Shown here: positions 1 through 7,756 of the stretch, piece by piece
How positions within the stretch are numbered: position 1 is the stretch's first letter
Layout of the letters: every line of letters begins with the position of its first letter
Source: Candidatus Karelsulcia muelleri
GTDB lineage: Bacteria; Bacteroidota; Bacteroidia; Flavobacteriales; Blattabacteriaceae
DNA: 32,000 nt
NCBI RefSeq assembly: GCF_016888765.1
Contig: NZ_CP069423.1
Coordinates: 90,001-122,000 of the forward strand
Direction: 5' to 3'
Translations under genes and position numbers: made by a program
The notes under the pieces: model-generated
The model's database searches: none
What the model saw: only the letters and a program-made list of their open reading frames with translations
What the model was told of the DNA's origin: nothing

Positions 1-1319
1 TAGATAAACAATTTATTCATGAAGTAACTAGTCCACAAGCTTTTGAAACCTTAGAAAAAAGAAACATTCCAATCTTCAGGCCAGAAAAAATTATTGCAAC
101 TGCCGATCATAATGTTCCTACTAAAAATCAACATTTACCAATTAAAAATGCTTTATCTAGGTTACAAATAAATTTACTTAAAAAAAATTGCCTAAAAAAC
201 GGAATTAAATTTTTTGGTTTAGGACATAAATATCAAGGCATTGTCCATGTAATAGGACCAGAATTAGGAATTACTTTACCCGGAATGACTATAGTATGTG
301 GGGATAGTCATACTTCAACTCATGGGGCTTTAGGGTGCCTGGCTTTTGGAATTGGGACTAGTCAAGTAGCTATGGGAATGGCTTCTCAATGCTTATTGCT
401 TAATAAGCCTAAAAAAATGCGAATTATTCTAAAAGGTAACTTACAATTAGGAGTGACACCAAAAGATATAATATTATATATAATCTCGAAATTAGGTACT
501 GGAGGAGCAACTGGATACTTTGTTGAATATTCAGGTCCAGTAATTGATGAGATGAAGATGGATGGCAGAATGACTATTTGTAATATGAGTATTGAGATGG
601 GGGCAAGAGGAGGAATAATAGCACCAGACAAAACTACTTATAATTATCTAAAAGATAGAGCCTTCACTCCGAAAAGAGATAATTTATTAGCAGCTAAATT
701 ATTTTGGAAAACTTTGAAAACAGATAAAACAGCTCATTTTGATAAAGAATATGAATTTGATGTCTCGAAGATAGAACCGATGATAACATATGGTACGTCT
801 CCAAATATGTGTCTAAAAATAGATGATTGTATCCCAAAAAACTCTGACACTTCTTTTAAGAAGTCGTTAAAATATATGGGATTTAAACCCGGAGAATATT
901 TAATAGGAAAAACTATTAATTATGTTTTTATTGGTAGTTGTACCAATTCTAGAATGGATGATCTAAGGTTAGTATCAAAACTAGTAAAAGGAAAAAAAGT
1001 TGCTAAAAATGTACAGGCAATGATAGTCCCAGGATCCACACAAGTCTTTAAACAATTAATTAAAGAAAAAATAGATCTTATATTAAAAGAGTCGGGTTTT
1101 GATTTACGTCAACCTGGATGTTCGGCTTGTTTAGGCATGAATGAAGATAAAATACCTTCTGGAGAATATTGTGTTTCGACCTCAAATCGTAATTTTGAAG
1201 GACGTCAGGGCAAGGGGTCCCGTACGTTATTGACAAGTCCCTTAGTAGCAGCTATTACTGCTTTAAAAGGTAAAATAGTAAGTATTAAAAAATATCTTAA
1301 AAAATATGGAGAGATTTAA
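1..1319 (+). CDS. leuC: 3-isopropylmalate dehydratase large subunit, 5' end cut by the window edge
   Basis: The frame-3 reading from position 3 gives DKQFIHEVTSPQAFETL...VHVIGPELGITLPGMTIVCGDSHTSTHGALG, continuous with the 285..1319 ORF. Aconitase-family motifs are present (GDSHT, GSCTNSR, NRNFEGRQG). leuD and leuB follow. Confidence 0.95.
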   Translation, partial: DKQFIHEVTSPQAFETLEKRNIPIFRPEKIIATADHNVPTKNQHLPIKNALSRLQINLLKKNCLKNGIKFFGLGHKYQGIVHVIGPELGITLPGMTIVCGDSHTSTHGALGCLAFGIGTSQVAMGMASQCLLLNKPKKMRIILKGNLQLGVTPKDIILYIISKLGTGGATGYFVEYSGPVIDEMKMDGRMTICNMSIEMGARGGIIAPDKTTYNYLKDRAFTPKRDNLLAAKLFWKTLKTDKTAHFDKEYEFDVSKIEPMITYGTSPNMCLKIDDCIPKNSDTSFKKSLKYMGFKPGEYLIGKTINYVFIGSCTNSRMDDLRLVSKLVKGKKVAKNVQAMIVPGSTQVFKQLIKEKIDLILKESGFDLRQPGCSACLGMNEDKIPSGEYCVSTSNRNFEGRQGKGSRTLLTSPLVAAITALKGKIVSIKKYLKKYGEI

Positions 1320-1890
1320 GACCATAATTAGTCAATGTCTTCCATTAGATATAGATAATATTGATACTGATCAAATTATTCCAGCTAGATTTTTGAAACT
1401 TTCCTCTAGATTAAATTTATGCAAAAATTTATTTAGAGACTGGCGGTACTATAAAAATGGAAAAAAAAAAAACTTTATATTAAATAATCCCAAATATACT
1501 GGAGAAATTTTAATTACAGGGAAAAATTTTGGGTGTGGTTCAAGTCGCGAGCATGCAGTCTGGGCAATTATGGATTATGGAATTAAAGCAATAATATCAA
1601 ATTATTTTGCTGATATTTTTAAACAAAATGCGTTAAATAATGGTTTATTAGTCATAGAACTTAAAAAAGATATTGTTAATTCTTTATTGAATCATATCTT
1701 CAAATTCCCTAATAGTAAATTAAAACTTAATTTAAAAAAACAATATATAGAATTTAAAAGAAGAAAATTAAAATTTAAAATAAATTCTTATAAAAAAAAA
1801 TGTTTTCTTAAAGGATATGATGATATAGAGTTTTTACTTAAATTAAAAAATAAAATAATTAAATTTGAACAAACCCTATTTTATAAATAA
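1306..1890 (+). CDS. leuD: 3-isopropylmalate dehydratase small subunit
   Basis: The protein contains DNIDTDQIIPARFLK and GKNFGCGSSREHAVWA, typical of the LeuD swivel domain. It overlaps the leuC stop by 14 nt. Confidence 0.93.
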   Translation: MERFKTIISQCLPLDIDNIDTDQIIPARFLKLSSRLNLCKNLFRDWRYYKNGKKKNFILNNPKYTGEILITGKNFGCGSSREHAVWAIMDYGIKAIISNYFADIFKQNALNNGLLVIELKKDIVNSLLNHIFKFPNSKLKLNLKKQYIEFKRRKLKFKINSYKKKCFLKGYDDIEFLLKLKNKIIKFEQTLFYK

Positions 1891-1924
1891 AGATTATATT
1901 AATCCCAAAGCCTAAGTTAGAATT

Positions 1925-3001
1925 ATGGTAATGAAACTTGCAATCCTTCCAGGAGATGGAATAGGACCAGAAATTTTGGTTCAATCATTAAAAGTTTTAA
2001 AAGCAATAAGTTTAAAATTTGGACATAAATTTATTATATCAAATGGTTTGATAGGTGCAGAGTCAATTAAAACAAACGGCTTACCACTTACTCAAGAAAC
2101 TATAAATCTTTGTAAAAGTTCTGATACTATCTTATTGGGAGCAGTAGGTGATCCATTATATGATAATGACCCTCAAATAAAGATTCGACCTGAACAAGGT
2201 CTTTTAGAATTAAGAAAACATTTAGGATTATTTTGTAATATGAGACCGATAAAAACTTATAAGAAACTATTAAAAGTTTCTCCAATTAAACAATCCTTTA
2301 TAAAAAACGTAAATTTTGTTATTTTTAGAGAATTAACAAGTGGAATATATTTTGGAAAAAAATGGAGATCCCAAGATGAAGCATATGATATATGTACTTA
2401 TCATAAAGTTCTAATAAAAAAAATAGCTATTAAAGCCTTTGAAACTGCTAGACAACGCAAGAAAAAAATTACTTTAGTAGATAAAGCCAATGTCTTAGAA
2501 ACTTCAAGATTATGGAGAGAAACAGTCAAAGAAATAGCTCAAAAGAACCAAGATATTAAAGTAGATTATATTTTTATTGATAATGCCTGTATGCAAATAG
2601 TTTTAAAACCTAGACAGTTTGATATTTTACTAACTGATAACATGTTTGGTGATATTTTATCGGATGAAGCTAGTGTTATAACAGGTTCATTAGGTTTATT
2701 GCCTTCTGTATCTTTTGGAGCTCATTATTCATTATATGAACCGATTCATGGTTCCTTTCCACAAGCAAAAGGAAAAAATATTGCTAATCCACTGGGATCT
2801 ATTCTTTCAGTTTCTTTAATGTTAGAAAATTTTGGTTTAAAAAAAGAAAGTTTTTTGATCAATAGGGCAGTAAATGAATCAATCAATTTAGGAATTACTA
2901 CTCAAGATCTAAATCCTAAAAAGCCTTGCACAACTAGTGAAGTTGGAGACTTCTTATTTAGTTCAATTTTGAAGAAAATAAAAATCAAGTATAAAAGATA
3001 A
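1925..3001 (+). CDS. leuB: 3-isopropylmalate dehydrogenase
   Basis: The protein shows LPGDGIGPEI, LLGAVGDP, NMFGDILSDEAS and GSLGLLPS, which are isocitrate/isopropylmalate dehydrogenase motifs. An alternative start at 1931 (MKLAIL) is possible. Confidence 0.95.
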   Translation: MVMKLAILPGDGIGPEILVQSLKVLKAISLKFGHKFIISNGLIGAESIKTNGLPLTQETINLCKSSDTILLGAVGDPLYDNDPQIKIRPEQGLLELRKHLGLFCNMRPIKTYKKLLKVSPIKQSFIKNVNFVIFRELTSGIYFGKKWRSQDEAYDICTYHKVLIKKIAIKAFETARQRKKKITLVDKANVLETSRLWRETVKEIAQKNQDIKVDYIFIDNACMQIVLKPRQFDILLTDNMFGDILSDEASVITGSLGLLPSVSFGAHYSLYEPIHGSFPQAKGKNIANPLGSILSVSLMLENFGLKKESFLINRAVNESINLGITTQDLNPKKPCTTSEVGDFLFSSILKKIKIKYKR

Positions 3002-3005
3002 TTAT

Positions 3006-3025
3006 CCACTAAGTTATTTTTAGTG
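3006..3025 (+). terminator. Hairpin just downstream of leuB, a possible weak intrinsic terminator
   Basis: CCACTAA (3006-3012) pairs with TTAGTGG (3019-3025) around a 6-nt loop. No U-tract directly follows the stem, so the assignment is tentative. Confidence 0.25.
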
Positions 3026-3138
3026 GAAGTAAATTTTAGTCGCTTTTAAGGCAAAGACAGCTATCTAAGGTATTGTTTGATGAAGCATATGATATATATT
3101 CTCTAAATGTTAGTAAGGCTACTGCTAGTATACTGTTT

Positions 3139-3537
3139 TTACTTAAAAAATATTTTTTGTATTATATGTTCAAAACATTTTTTTAGTTCATAAAAATTAT
3201 GTAGTGTTTTTTTAAAATACATGAATATAATATAATATCTTTTTTTTATTTTAAAAGGAATTATTTTTTTATTCAATTGATAAGACCTTCTCATTAATCT
3301 TTTTATTCTATTTCTTTGATAAGATTTTATAATTGTGTGTTTGGAGACGAAGAAAGCTATTTTTACTTTAAAATAATTCTTAGCAGTATAATTAGAAGTA
3401 GCCGTAGCAGTTTCTAGGTAGGCTACCTTCAATAAATTATTTTCTATTTTTTTTCCATTACGAAATATTTTATTTACTATTGTTTTTTTCTTTATAAGCT
3501 CTTTTTTTTTTAATTTATTGTTAGGAAAAAACGGCAT
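3139..3537 (-). CDS. rnpA: RNase P protein component
   Basis: This is a small basic protein with the RNR box KSYQRNRIKRLMRRSY and an N-terminal KLKKKELI...IFRNGKK segment typical of RnpA. No rpmH lies upstream. Confidence 0.85.
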   Translation of the reverse strand: MPFFPNNKLKKKELIKKKTIVNKIFRNGKKIENNLLKVAYLETATATSNYTAKNYFKVKIAFFVSKHTIIKSYQRNRIKRLMRRSYQLNKKIIPFKIKKRYYIIFMYFKKTLHNFYELKKCFEHIIQKIFFK

Positions 3538-3632
3538 GGTTTTATTATAATGGGTCTGATTATTCTTATAATTAAGATAATTATATTAATTGCTTCCTTT
3601 AAGCAAGAGTTTAAATTCAGGAGAGAGAGAAA

Positions 3633-4430
3633 ATGAAACCTATTATTAAAACGATTGACAAGACATTATTTAATTTAGAATTAGAAAATTTGTTATTTAA
3701 AAAAGAAGATAGCTTAGGAGCCATTATACAAATATCATCAGGTCCAGGAGGGAATGAAAGTTGTGATTGGGTATTTTTATTACATAGAATGTACACTATG
3801 TGGGCCGAAAAAAATAATTTTAAAATTAAAACGGTGGAGTTTTTACCAGGAGAATTAGGAGGGTTTAAAACGATTACTTTTAAAATTCAAGGAATGTATG
3901 CTTTTGGATATTTAAAAGGTGAAAATGGAATCCATAGATTAGTGAGGTTATCTCCTTATAAAAAGAAATCTAAAAGACACACTAGTTTTGCTTCAGTCTA
4001 CATCTATCCTTTAATAAAGAAAGAAATTAAAATATCTATTAAAGAAGCAGACATTAAATGGGAAACTTTTAGATCAAAGGGATCTGGAGGGCAAAATGTT
4101 AATAAAGTAGAAACTGGGGTAAGACTGATTCATAAACCCACCAATATAATCATAGTAAATATGGAAACTCGTTCTCAATACAATAACAAAATTAAAGCCT
4201 TACGTTTACTAAAAGAGAAATTATTTTCTCTCGAAATTAATTCCCAAAGATATAATCTAGAAAAAAAGAAATCTCAATGGGGGGCACAAATAAGAAATTA
4301 TATTATGCATCCTTATAAACTAGTAAAAGACATTAGGACGAATTATGAAACAACTGATGTCAAATCAGTATTAAATGGTAACATAAATATTTTTTTAAAA
4401 AAGTATTTAGATCAAAATAAAATATGCTAA
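3633..4430 (+). CDS. prfB: Peptide chain release factor 2, N-terminally truncated (265 aa, domain 1 largely absent)
   Basis: The protein has an RF2-type decoding region HRLVRLSPYKKKSKRHTSFASVYIYP (SPF-type motif, here SPY) and the GGQ motif GSGGQNVNKVETGVRL. The C-terminal WGAQIRNYIMHPYKLVKDIRT segment is also RF2-like. An in-frame stop at 3612-3614 blocks any N-terminal extension. Confidence 0.9.
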   Translation: MKPIIKTIDKTLFNLELENLLFKKEDSLGAIIQISSGPGGNESCDWVFLLHRMYTMWAEKNNFKIKTVEFLPGELGGFKTITFKIQGMYAFGYLKGENGIHRLVRLSPYKKKSKRHTSFASVYIYPLIKKEIKISIKEADIKWETFRSKGSGGQNVNKVETGVRLIHKPTNIIIVNMETRSQYNNKIKALRLLKEKLFSLEINSQRYNLEKKKSQWGAQIRNYIMHPYKLVKDIRTNYETTDVKSVLNGNINIFLKKYLDQNKIC

Positions 4431-4633
4431 AACAAAAAATGAAATTGATTTTGAAATACAAAAAAGGGGAAGATATAGATAAAGTATTAAAAAGGTATAG
4501 AAAAAAAATTGAGAAATCAGATTTAATAAAAGCAGTAAAAAAGCACCAAGAATATATTAAACCTTCACAAAAAAGAAGAAATAATTTGATTAAAGCGAGA
4601 TATAAACAATTTCTTAAATATTCTATAGATTAA
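4424..4633 (+). CDS. rpsU: 30S ribosomal protein S21
   Basis: GEDIDKVLKRYRKKIEKS...EYIKPSQKRRNNLIKARYK matches the S21 pattern. The likelier biological start is the second ATG at 4439 (MKLILKYKKGE). Confidence 0.85.
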   Translation: MLKQKMKLILKYKKGEDIDKVLKRYRKKIEKSDLIKAVKKHQEYIKPSQKRRNNLIKARYKQFLKYSID

Positions 4634-5595
4634 GATTTTAATTTTAGGTGATTATATAAAACCTGTTTTATATTTTTAATTTCTTTAGGCTTAAAAAAAG
4701 AAAGAAAAAAAGTTTTTTCTTGTGTTGGGAATTTATGAAGAATAATTTTTTTAAAACTTAGAATATCAGCTTTAGAAATAAGAATAATTTTTTGTTTTAA
4801 TAATAGACTATTATCGTAATTCTTAAATTCTTTAATAATTATATTATATTCCTGAAGCAGGTTATGACTCTCAACTGAAAGAATAATTAGAATAACTTTA
4901 TTATATTTAGTATGTTTTAAAAACTTAATTCCTAAACCTTTTCCAATATTAGAACCTTTAACGAGACCAGGGAATTCCAAAATAATAAAAGTATACCATT
5001 TATTGTACTTTACTATCCCTAGATTAGGGAGAGTAGTAGTAAAAGGATAATCATTGATCTCATGCTTAAGAGCAGCTAGTTTAGAAATTAAAGTGGATTT
5101 CCCAGAATTTGGAAATCCAATTATACCAACCTCAGCATAAATTATGAATTCTAAGATTAGCCAGTTAGATTTACCAGGAGAACCTTTTAAATCCAGGGAA
5201 CTTCTAAAGTGGGAATAAGAATTTCCTTTCCCTCCTTTTCCACCTTTAAATAAAACTTTGGGTTTTTTATGTTTATGAATATTTAATAAGATATTGTTAT
5301 TAATATCTTTTATGGTGGTTCCTAAAGGAACTTCAATTAAGAAATCTTTTCCATTGGAACCATTTTTACAATTATAACCACCTATTGCACCAGTTTCTGC
5401 AATATTATGTTTTAAAGTATTAAGAGATTTGAGTCGTTTATTTCCTTTTATAATAATATTGCCACCATTGCCACCATTGCCACCATCTGGAAGACTCCTT
5501 TTAGATCTTCTGTTTTTAACAAAATGTATTTTACCGGATCCTCCATCTCCACTTTTACAAAATATTTTTAAATAATCTAAAAAGTTTGATGACAT
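4630..5595 (-). CDS. obg: GTPase Obg
   Basis: The N-terminal Gly-rich Obg fold is present (FLDYLKIFCKSGDGGSGKIHF...DGGNGGNGGNIIIKG). It is followed by a G domain (GIIGFPNSGKSTLISKL, LEFPGLVKG). Confidence 0.93.
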   Translation of the reverse strand: MSSNFLDYLKIFCKSGDGGSGKIHFVKNRRSKRSLPDGGNGGNGGNIIIKGNKRLKSLNTLKHNIAETGAIGGYNCKNGSNGKDFLIEVPLGTTIKDINNNILLNIHKHKKPKVLFKGGKGGKGNSYSHFRSSLDLKGSPGKSNWLILEFIIYAEVGIIGFPNSGKSTLISKLAALKHEINDYPFTTTLPNLGIVKYNKWYTFIILEFPGLVKGSNIGKGLGIKFLKHTKYNKVILIILSVESHNLLQEYNIIIKEFKNYDNSLLLKQKIILISKADILSFKKIILHKFPTQEKTFFLSFFKPKEIKNIKQVLYNHLKLKS

Positions 5596-5598
5596 TTT

Positions 5599-6990
5599 TT
5601 AAATATGTATACTTTTTCCATAAGCATTTTCGATAGCCTCAACTATAGCTTCATTAATTGAAGGATGAGGATGAGTACTTTCTAATACATCAATCGGCGT
5701 AGTTTCCAAGTTTCTTGCGATTATTACTTCTGGAATTAGTTCGGTTACACCTTTTCCAATCATATGACATCCTAACCATTCCCCATATTTTTTATCAAAT
5801 ATGACTTTAATAAATCCTTCTGTTTCTCCATTAATTTTTGCCTTCCCTAAAGCAGAAAAAGGAAACTTACCTACTTTAATTTCAAAGCCTTTTTCTAATG
5901 CGGCTTTCTCAGAGTAGCCTACAAAGGCTATCTCAGGATTAGTATAAATACACATAGGTATATTATTGTAGTTTAATTTTTTAGGATTTAATCCCATCAT
6001 TTTTTCTACACAAAGTTTTGCTTCTTGAGAGGCAACATGGGCTAATGAAAATCCAGGGATTACGTCACCTATTGCATAATAATTTTTTATATTAGTTTCA
6101 TAATATTCATTAACTTTAATATGTCCATTTTTAGTCAATTTTATGCCTACATTTTCTAAGCCTAAATTATGGGTAGCTGGAGCTATCCCAATAGCAGAAA
6201 TAAGGTAATCTACCTTTAGGTTTAGATATGAGTTCGTTTTAATATTCTTTATTTCTATTTTGGTTTTTTGGTATTTTAATGATTTAATATCTGTTATTAC
6301 TGAATTAGTTAATATCTTTATTCCTTTAGTTTTAAAAGTTTTGCTAATCTCGAGAGAGATTTCTCTCTCAGCATTAGGTAAAATGTGGGCATTTTTTTCT
6401 ACTATTATTACATTGGATCCAATAACGTTATAAAAAGAAGCAAATTCTAAGCCAATAGCACCTGAACCAAGAATTAAAATATTCTTGGGGATTTCTCTTA
6501 TTGACATTGCCCCTTTATAATTTACTAAATTGGGGCTTTTAGGAAAATCTAATTTTTTAGGTTTGGCACCAGTAGCTATTACTAAATTAGCAAATTGATA
6601 TTTTTTTATATTGTTTTTATTCTTTACAGTAATTGTATTTTCTTTGCATATTTTCGCAGTACCATATATTAATTTTATATCATTTTTTTTTATTAAAAAT
6701 TCTACTCCTTTTTGGAGTTCCTCAACTATTTTCCTACTTCTATCTAAAATCTTTTCCAATTTTAATTGGACCTTTTGAACCTTTATTCCAAATTGTTTCG
6801 AAGTTTTAAACAGTTGGAATAAATTAGCACTTTTCAATAACGACTTTGTCGGAATGCAGCCCCAATTTAAACATACTCCTCCTAATTCTTTTTTTTCTAT
6901 TATTGCAGTTTTTAAACCTAATTGGGCGGCTCTGATTGCTGCTGTATATCCTGCCGGACCACTGCCAATAACTATTAAATCAAAAGGCAT
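5599..6990 (-). CDS. lpdA: Dihydrolipoyl dehydrogenase (E3)
   Basis: The protein has the FAD-binding VIGSGPAGYTAA segment and the redox-active disulfide GGVCLNWGCIPTK. The C-terminal dimerisation motif HPHPSINEA is also present. Confidence 0.93.
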   Translation of the reverse strand: MPFDLIVIGSGPAGYTAAIRAAQLGLKTAIIEKKELGGVCLNWGCIPTKSLLKSANLFQLFKTSKQFGIKVQKVQLKLEKILDRSRKIVEELQKGVEFLIKKNDIKLIYGTAKICKENTITVKNKNNIKKYQFANLVIATGAKPKKLDFPKSPNLVNYKGAMSIREIPKNILILGSGAIGLEFASFYNVIGSNVIIVEKNAHILPNAEREISLEISKTFKTKGIKILTNSVITDIKSLKYQKTKIEIKNIKTNSYLNLKVDYLISAIGIAPATHNLGLENVGIKLTKNGHIKVNEYYETNIKNYYAIGDVIPGFSLAHVASQEAKLCVEKMMGLNPKKLNYNNIPMCIYTNPEIAFVGYSEKAALEKGFEIKVGKFPFSALGKAKINGETEGFIKVIFDKKYGEWLGCHMIGKGVTELIPEVIIARNLETTPIDVLESTHPHPSINEAIVEAIENAYGKSIHI

Positions 6991-7016
6991 AAAATATCAA
7001 TTTAAAACCCAACAAA

Positions 7017-7090
7017 TGCTCACGACTGGATTTGAACCAGCAGAAACTACTCCCTCAAAGTAGTGTGTATACCTCTTCCACCACGTAAGC
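7017..7090 (-). tRNA. tRNA-Leu (anticodon GAG), atypical because the variable loop is only 5 nt
   Basis: Hand-folded cloverleaf, 74 nt: GCTTACG TG GTG GAAGAGGTATA CAC A CTACT TTGAGGG AGTAG TTTCT GCTGG TTCAAAT CCAGT CGTGAGC A. It has a 7-bp acceptor stem with one G-U pair, a T-loop TTCAAAT, U33 and G37, discriminator A73, and no encoded CCA. The 3-bp D-stem with an 11-nt D-loop is Leu-type. Confidence 0.8.
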
Positions 7091-7101
7091 TTAAATTAAG
7101 A

Positions 7102-7161
7102 ATACCCTGACTTGGCGTGATAGCTTGGTCAGAGTCAGGGTATGAGTCTGGGACTAGGGTG
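7102..7161. other. Locally GC-rich structured intergenic element, a possible small RNA or processing signal of unknown class
   Basis: A perfect 11-bp inverted repeat, ATACCCTGACT (7102-7112) and AGTCAGGGTAT (7133-7143), encloses a 20-nt loop. Further AGTCNGGG-like copies lie at 7145-7160. I counted 32 G+C in the 59 nt of 7103-7161, in an otherwise AT-rich window. Confidence 0.35.
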
Positions 7162-7189
7162 ATTAAGAACTCTGATTTTAAGGGAAGAG

Positions 7190-7208
7190 GAGTTGTTTTT
7201 AACAACTC
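7190..7208 (-). terminator. Hairpin 12 nt downstream of the smpB stop, a possible terminator or processing hairpin
   Basis: GAGTTGTT (7190-7197) pairs with AACAACTC (7201-7208), giving an 8-bp perfect stem and a 3-nt loop. No clear U-tract follows on the smpB strand. Confidence 0.3.
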
Positions 7209-7219
7209 ACTAAGTAAGA

Positions 7220-7657
7220 TCATAAGAATGAAGCTGATTTTCTTTTTGATAATATTTCAAAGTCTTTTTTTTTAAGAAGTTCCCTTTTATCGTATTTCTT
7301 TTTACTTTTTGCTAAATGTATTACTAATTTTATTAATCCTTTTTTATTAAGAAAAATATTTTCAGGGATAATGTTTAACGAAAATTTTTTAACAGATTCT
7401 GAAATTTTTATAATTTCTTTTTTTTTTAAAAGAAGTAAAATTTTACGATTTTTATAAGTTGAAAGTTGCTTTATATAGCAATTGAAAAGAAAAATTTCTT
7501 TTTTTAAGACTTTGCAAAAGCTATTATTTAAATTAGCATTATTATTTTTAATAGCTTTGACTTCGTGTCCTAATAATTTTAATCCTGCTATATATTTTTC
7601 GAGAAATATAAAATTATATAAAGCCTTTTTATTTTTTAGATTAACAGTTCTTAACAT
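7220..7657 (-). CDS. smpB: SsrA-binding protein SmpB
   Basis: KNKKALYNFIFLEKYIAGLKLLGHEVKAIK, RKILLLLKKKEI and LAKSKKKYDKRELLKKKD match the conserved SmpB pattern. Confidence 0.9.
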   Translation of the reverse strand: MLRTVNLKNKKALYNFIFLEKYIAGLKLLGHEVKAIKNNNANLNNSFCKVLKKEIFLFNCYIKQLSTYKNRKILLLLKKKEIIKISESVKKFSLNIIPENIFLNKKGLIKLVIHLAKSKKKYDKRELLKKKDFEILSKRKSASFL

Positions 7658-7756
7658 TTATTTAGGAACATTTTATATTTCTTTTATTTAAAAAAAAGGT
7701 ATATATATTATATACTCCATTTTTTTATAGGAGTTAATTATTTAAAATTAATTATT

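Noticed and set aside
386-631. An 81-aa antisense ORF inside leuC. The same class includes 6854-7063, 7482-7691, 8123-8305, 9188-9445, 13591-13815, 17349-17537, 17882-18070, 19958-20233, 21394-21579, 23311-23562, 25056-25241, 25759-26016, 26293-26511, 27989-28174, 29225-29437, 30357-30605 and 30734-31006.
   Set aside because: Each lies entirely within, and antisense to, a confidently identified conserved gene. Their translations are low-complexity and hydrophobic with no recognisable motifs. Such shadow ORFs are expected opposite strongly codon-biased genes.
3002-3138. The 137-nt spacer between convergent leuB and rnpA as a hidden small gene (rpmH or a small RNA).
   Set aside because: There is no ORF with L34-like sequence, and rpmH would in any case be expected upstream of rnpA rather than downstream. 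There is no tRNA-like T-loop. Only a modest 7-bp hairpin (3006-3025) is present, and it is listed as a tentative terminator.
3540-3632. The canonical RF2 +1 frameshift cassette (SD-like AGGGGG followed by CUU UGA C) upstream of prfB.
   Set aside because: It is not present. The only UGA-terminated uORF here is in the -1 relationship and encodes a non-RF2-like peptide. That uORF is reported separately as a low-confidence idea.
5462-5487. A 9-bp tandem repeat CCACCATTG x2 plus a partial copy.
   Set aside because: It lies inside obg and encodes the conserved glycine-rich GGNGGNGGN strands of the Obg fold. It reflects coding constraint rather than an independent repeat element.
7095-7169. An 8-bp direct repeat ATTAAGAA (7095-7102 and 7162-7169) flanks the GC-rich element, with weak ACCCT terminal inverted repeats. 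This suggests a MITE-like insertion with a target-site duplication.
   Set aside because: By a rough estimate, an AT-rich 8-mer recurring within about 130 nt is close to chance expectation at this base composition. The terminal inverted repeats share only about 5 nt, and no other copy of the element is visible in the window.
7091-7219. The spacer next to smpB as tmRNA (ssrA) or as SRP 4.5S RNA.
   Set aside because: It is too short for tmRNA. It has no GGGG...CCACCA tRNA-like ends and no tag-peptide reading frame. For SRP RNA, the conserved GGAA tetraloop and AGCAGC-type helix 8 motif are absent on both strands.
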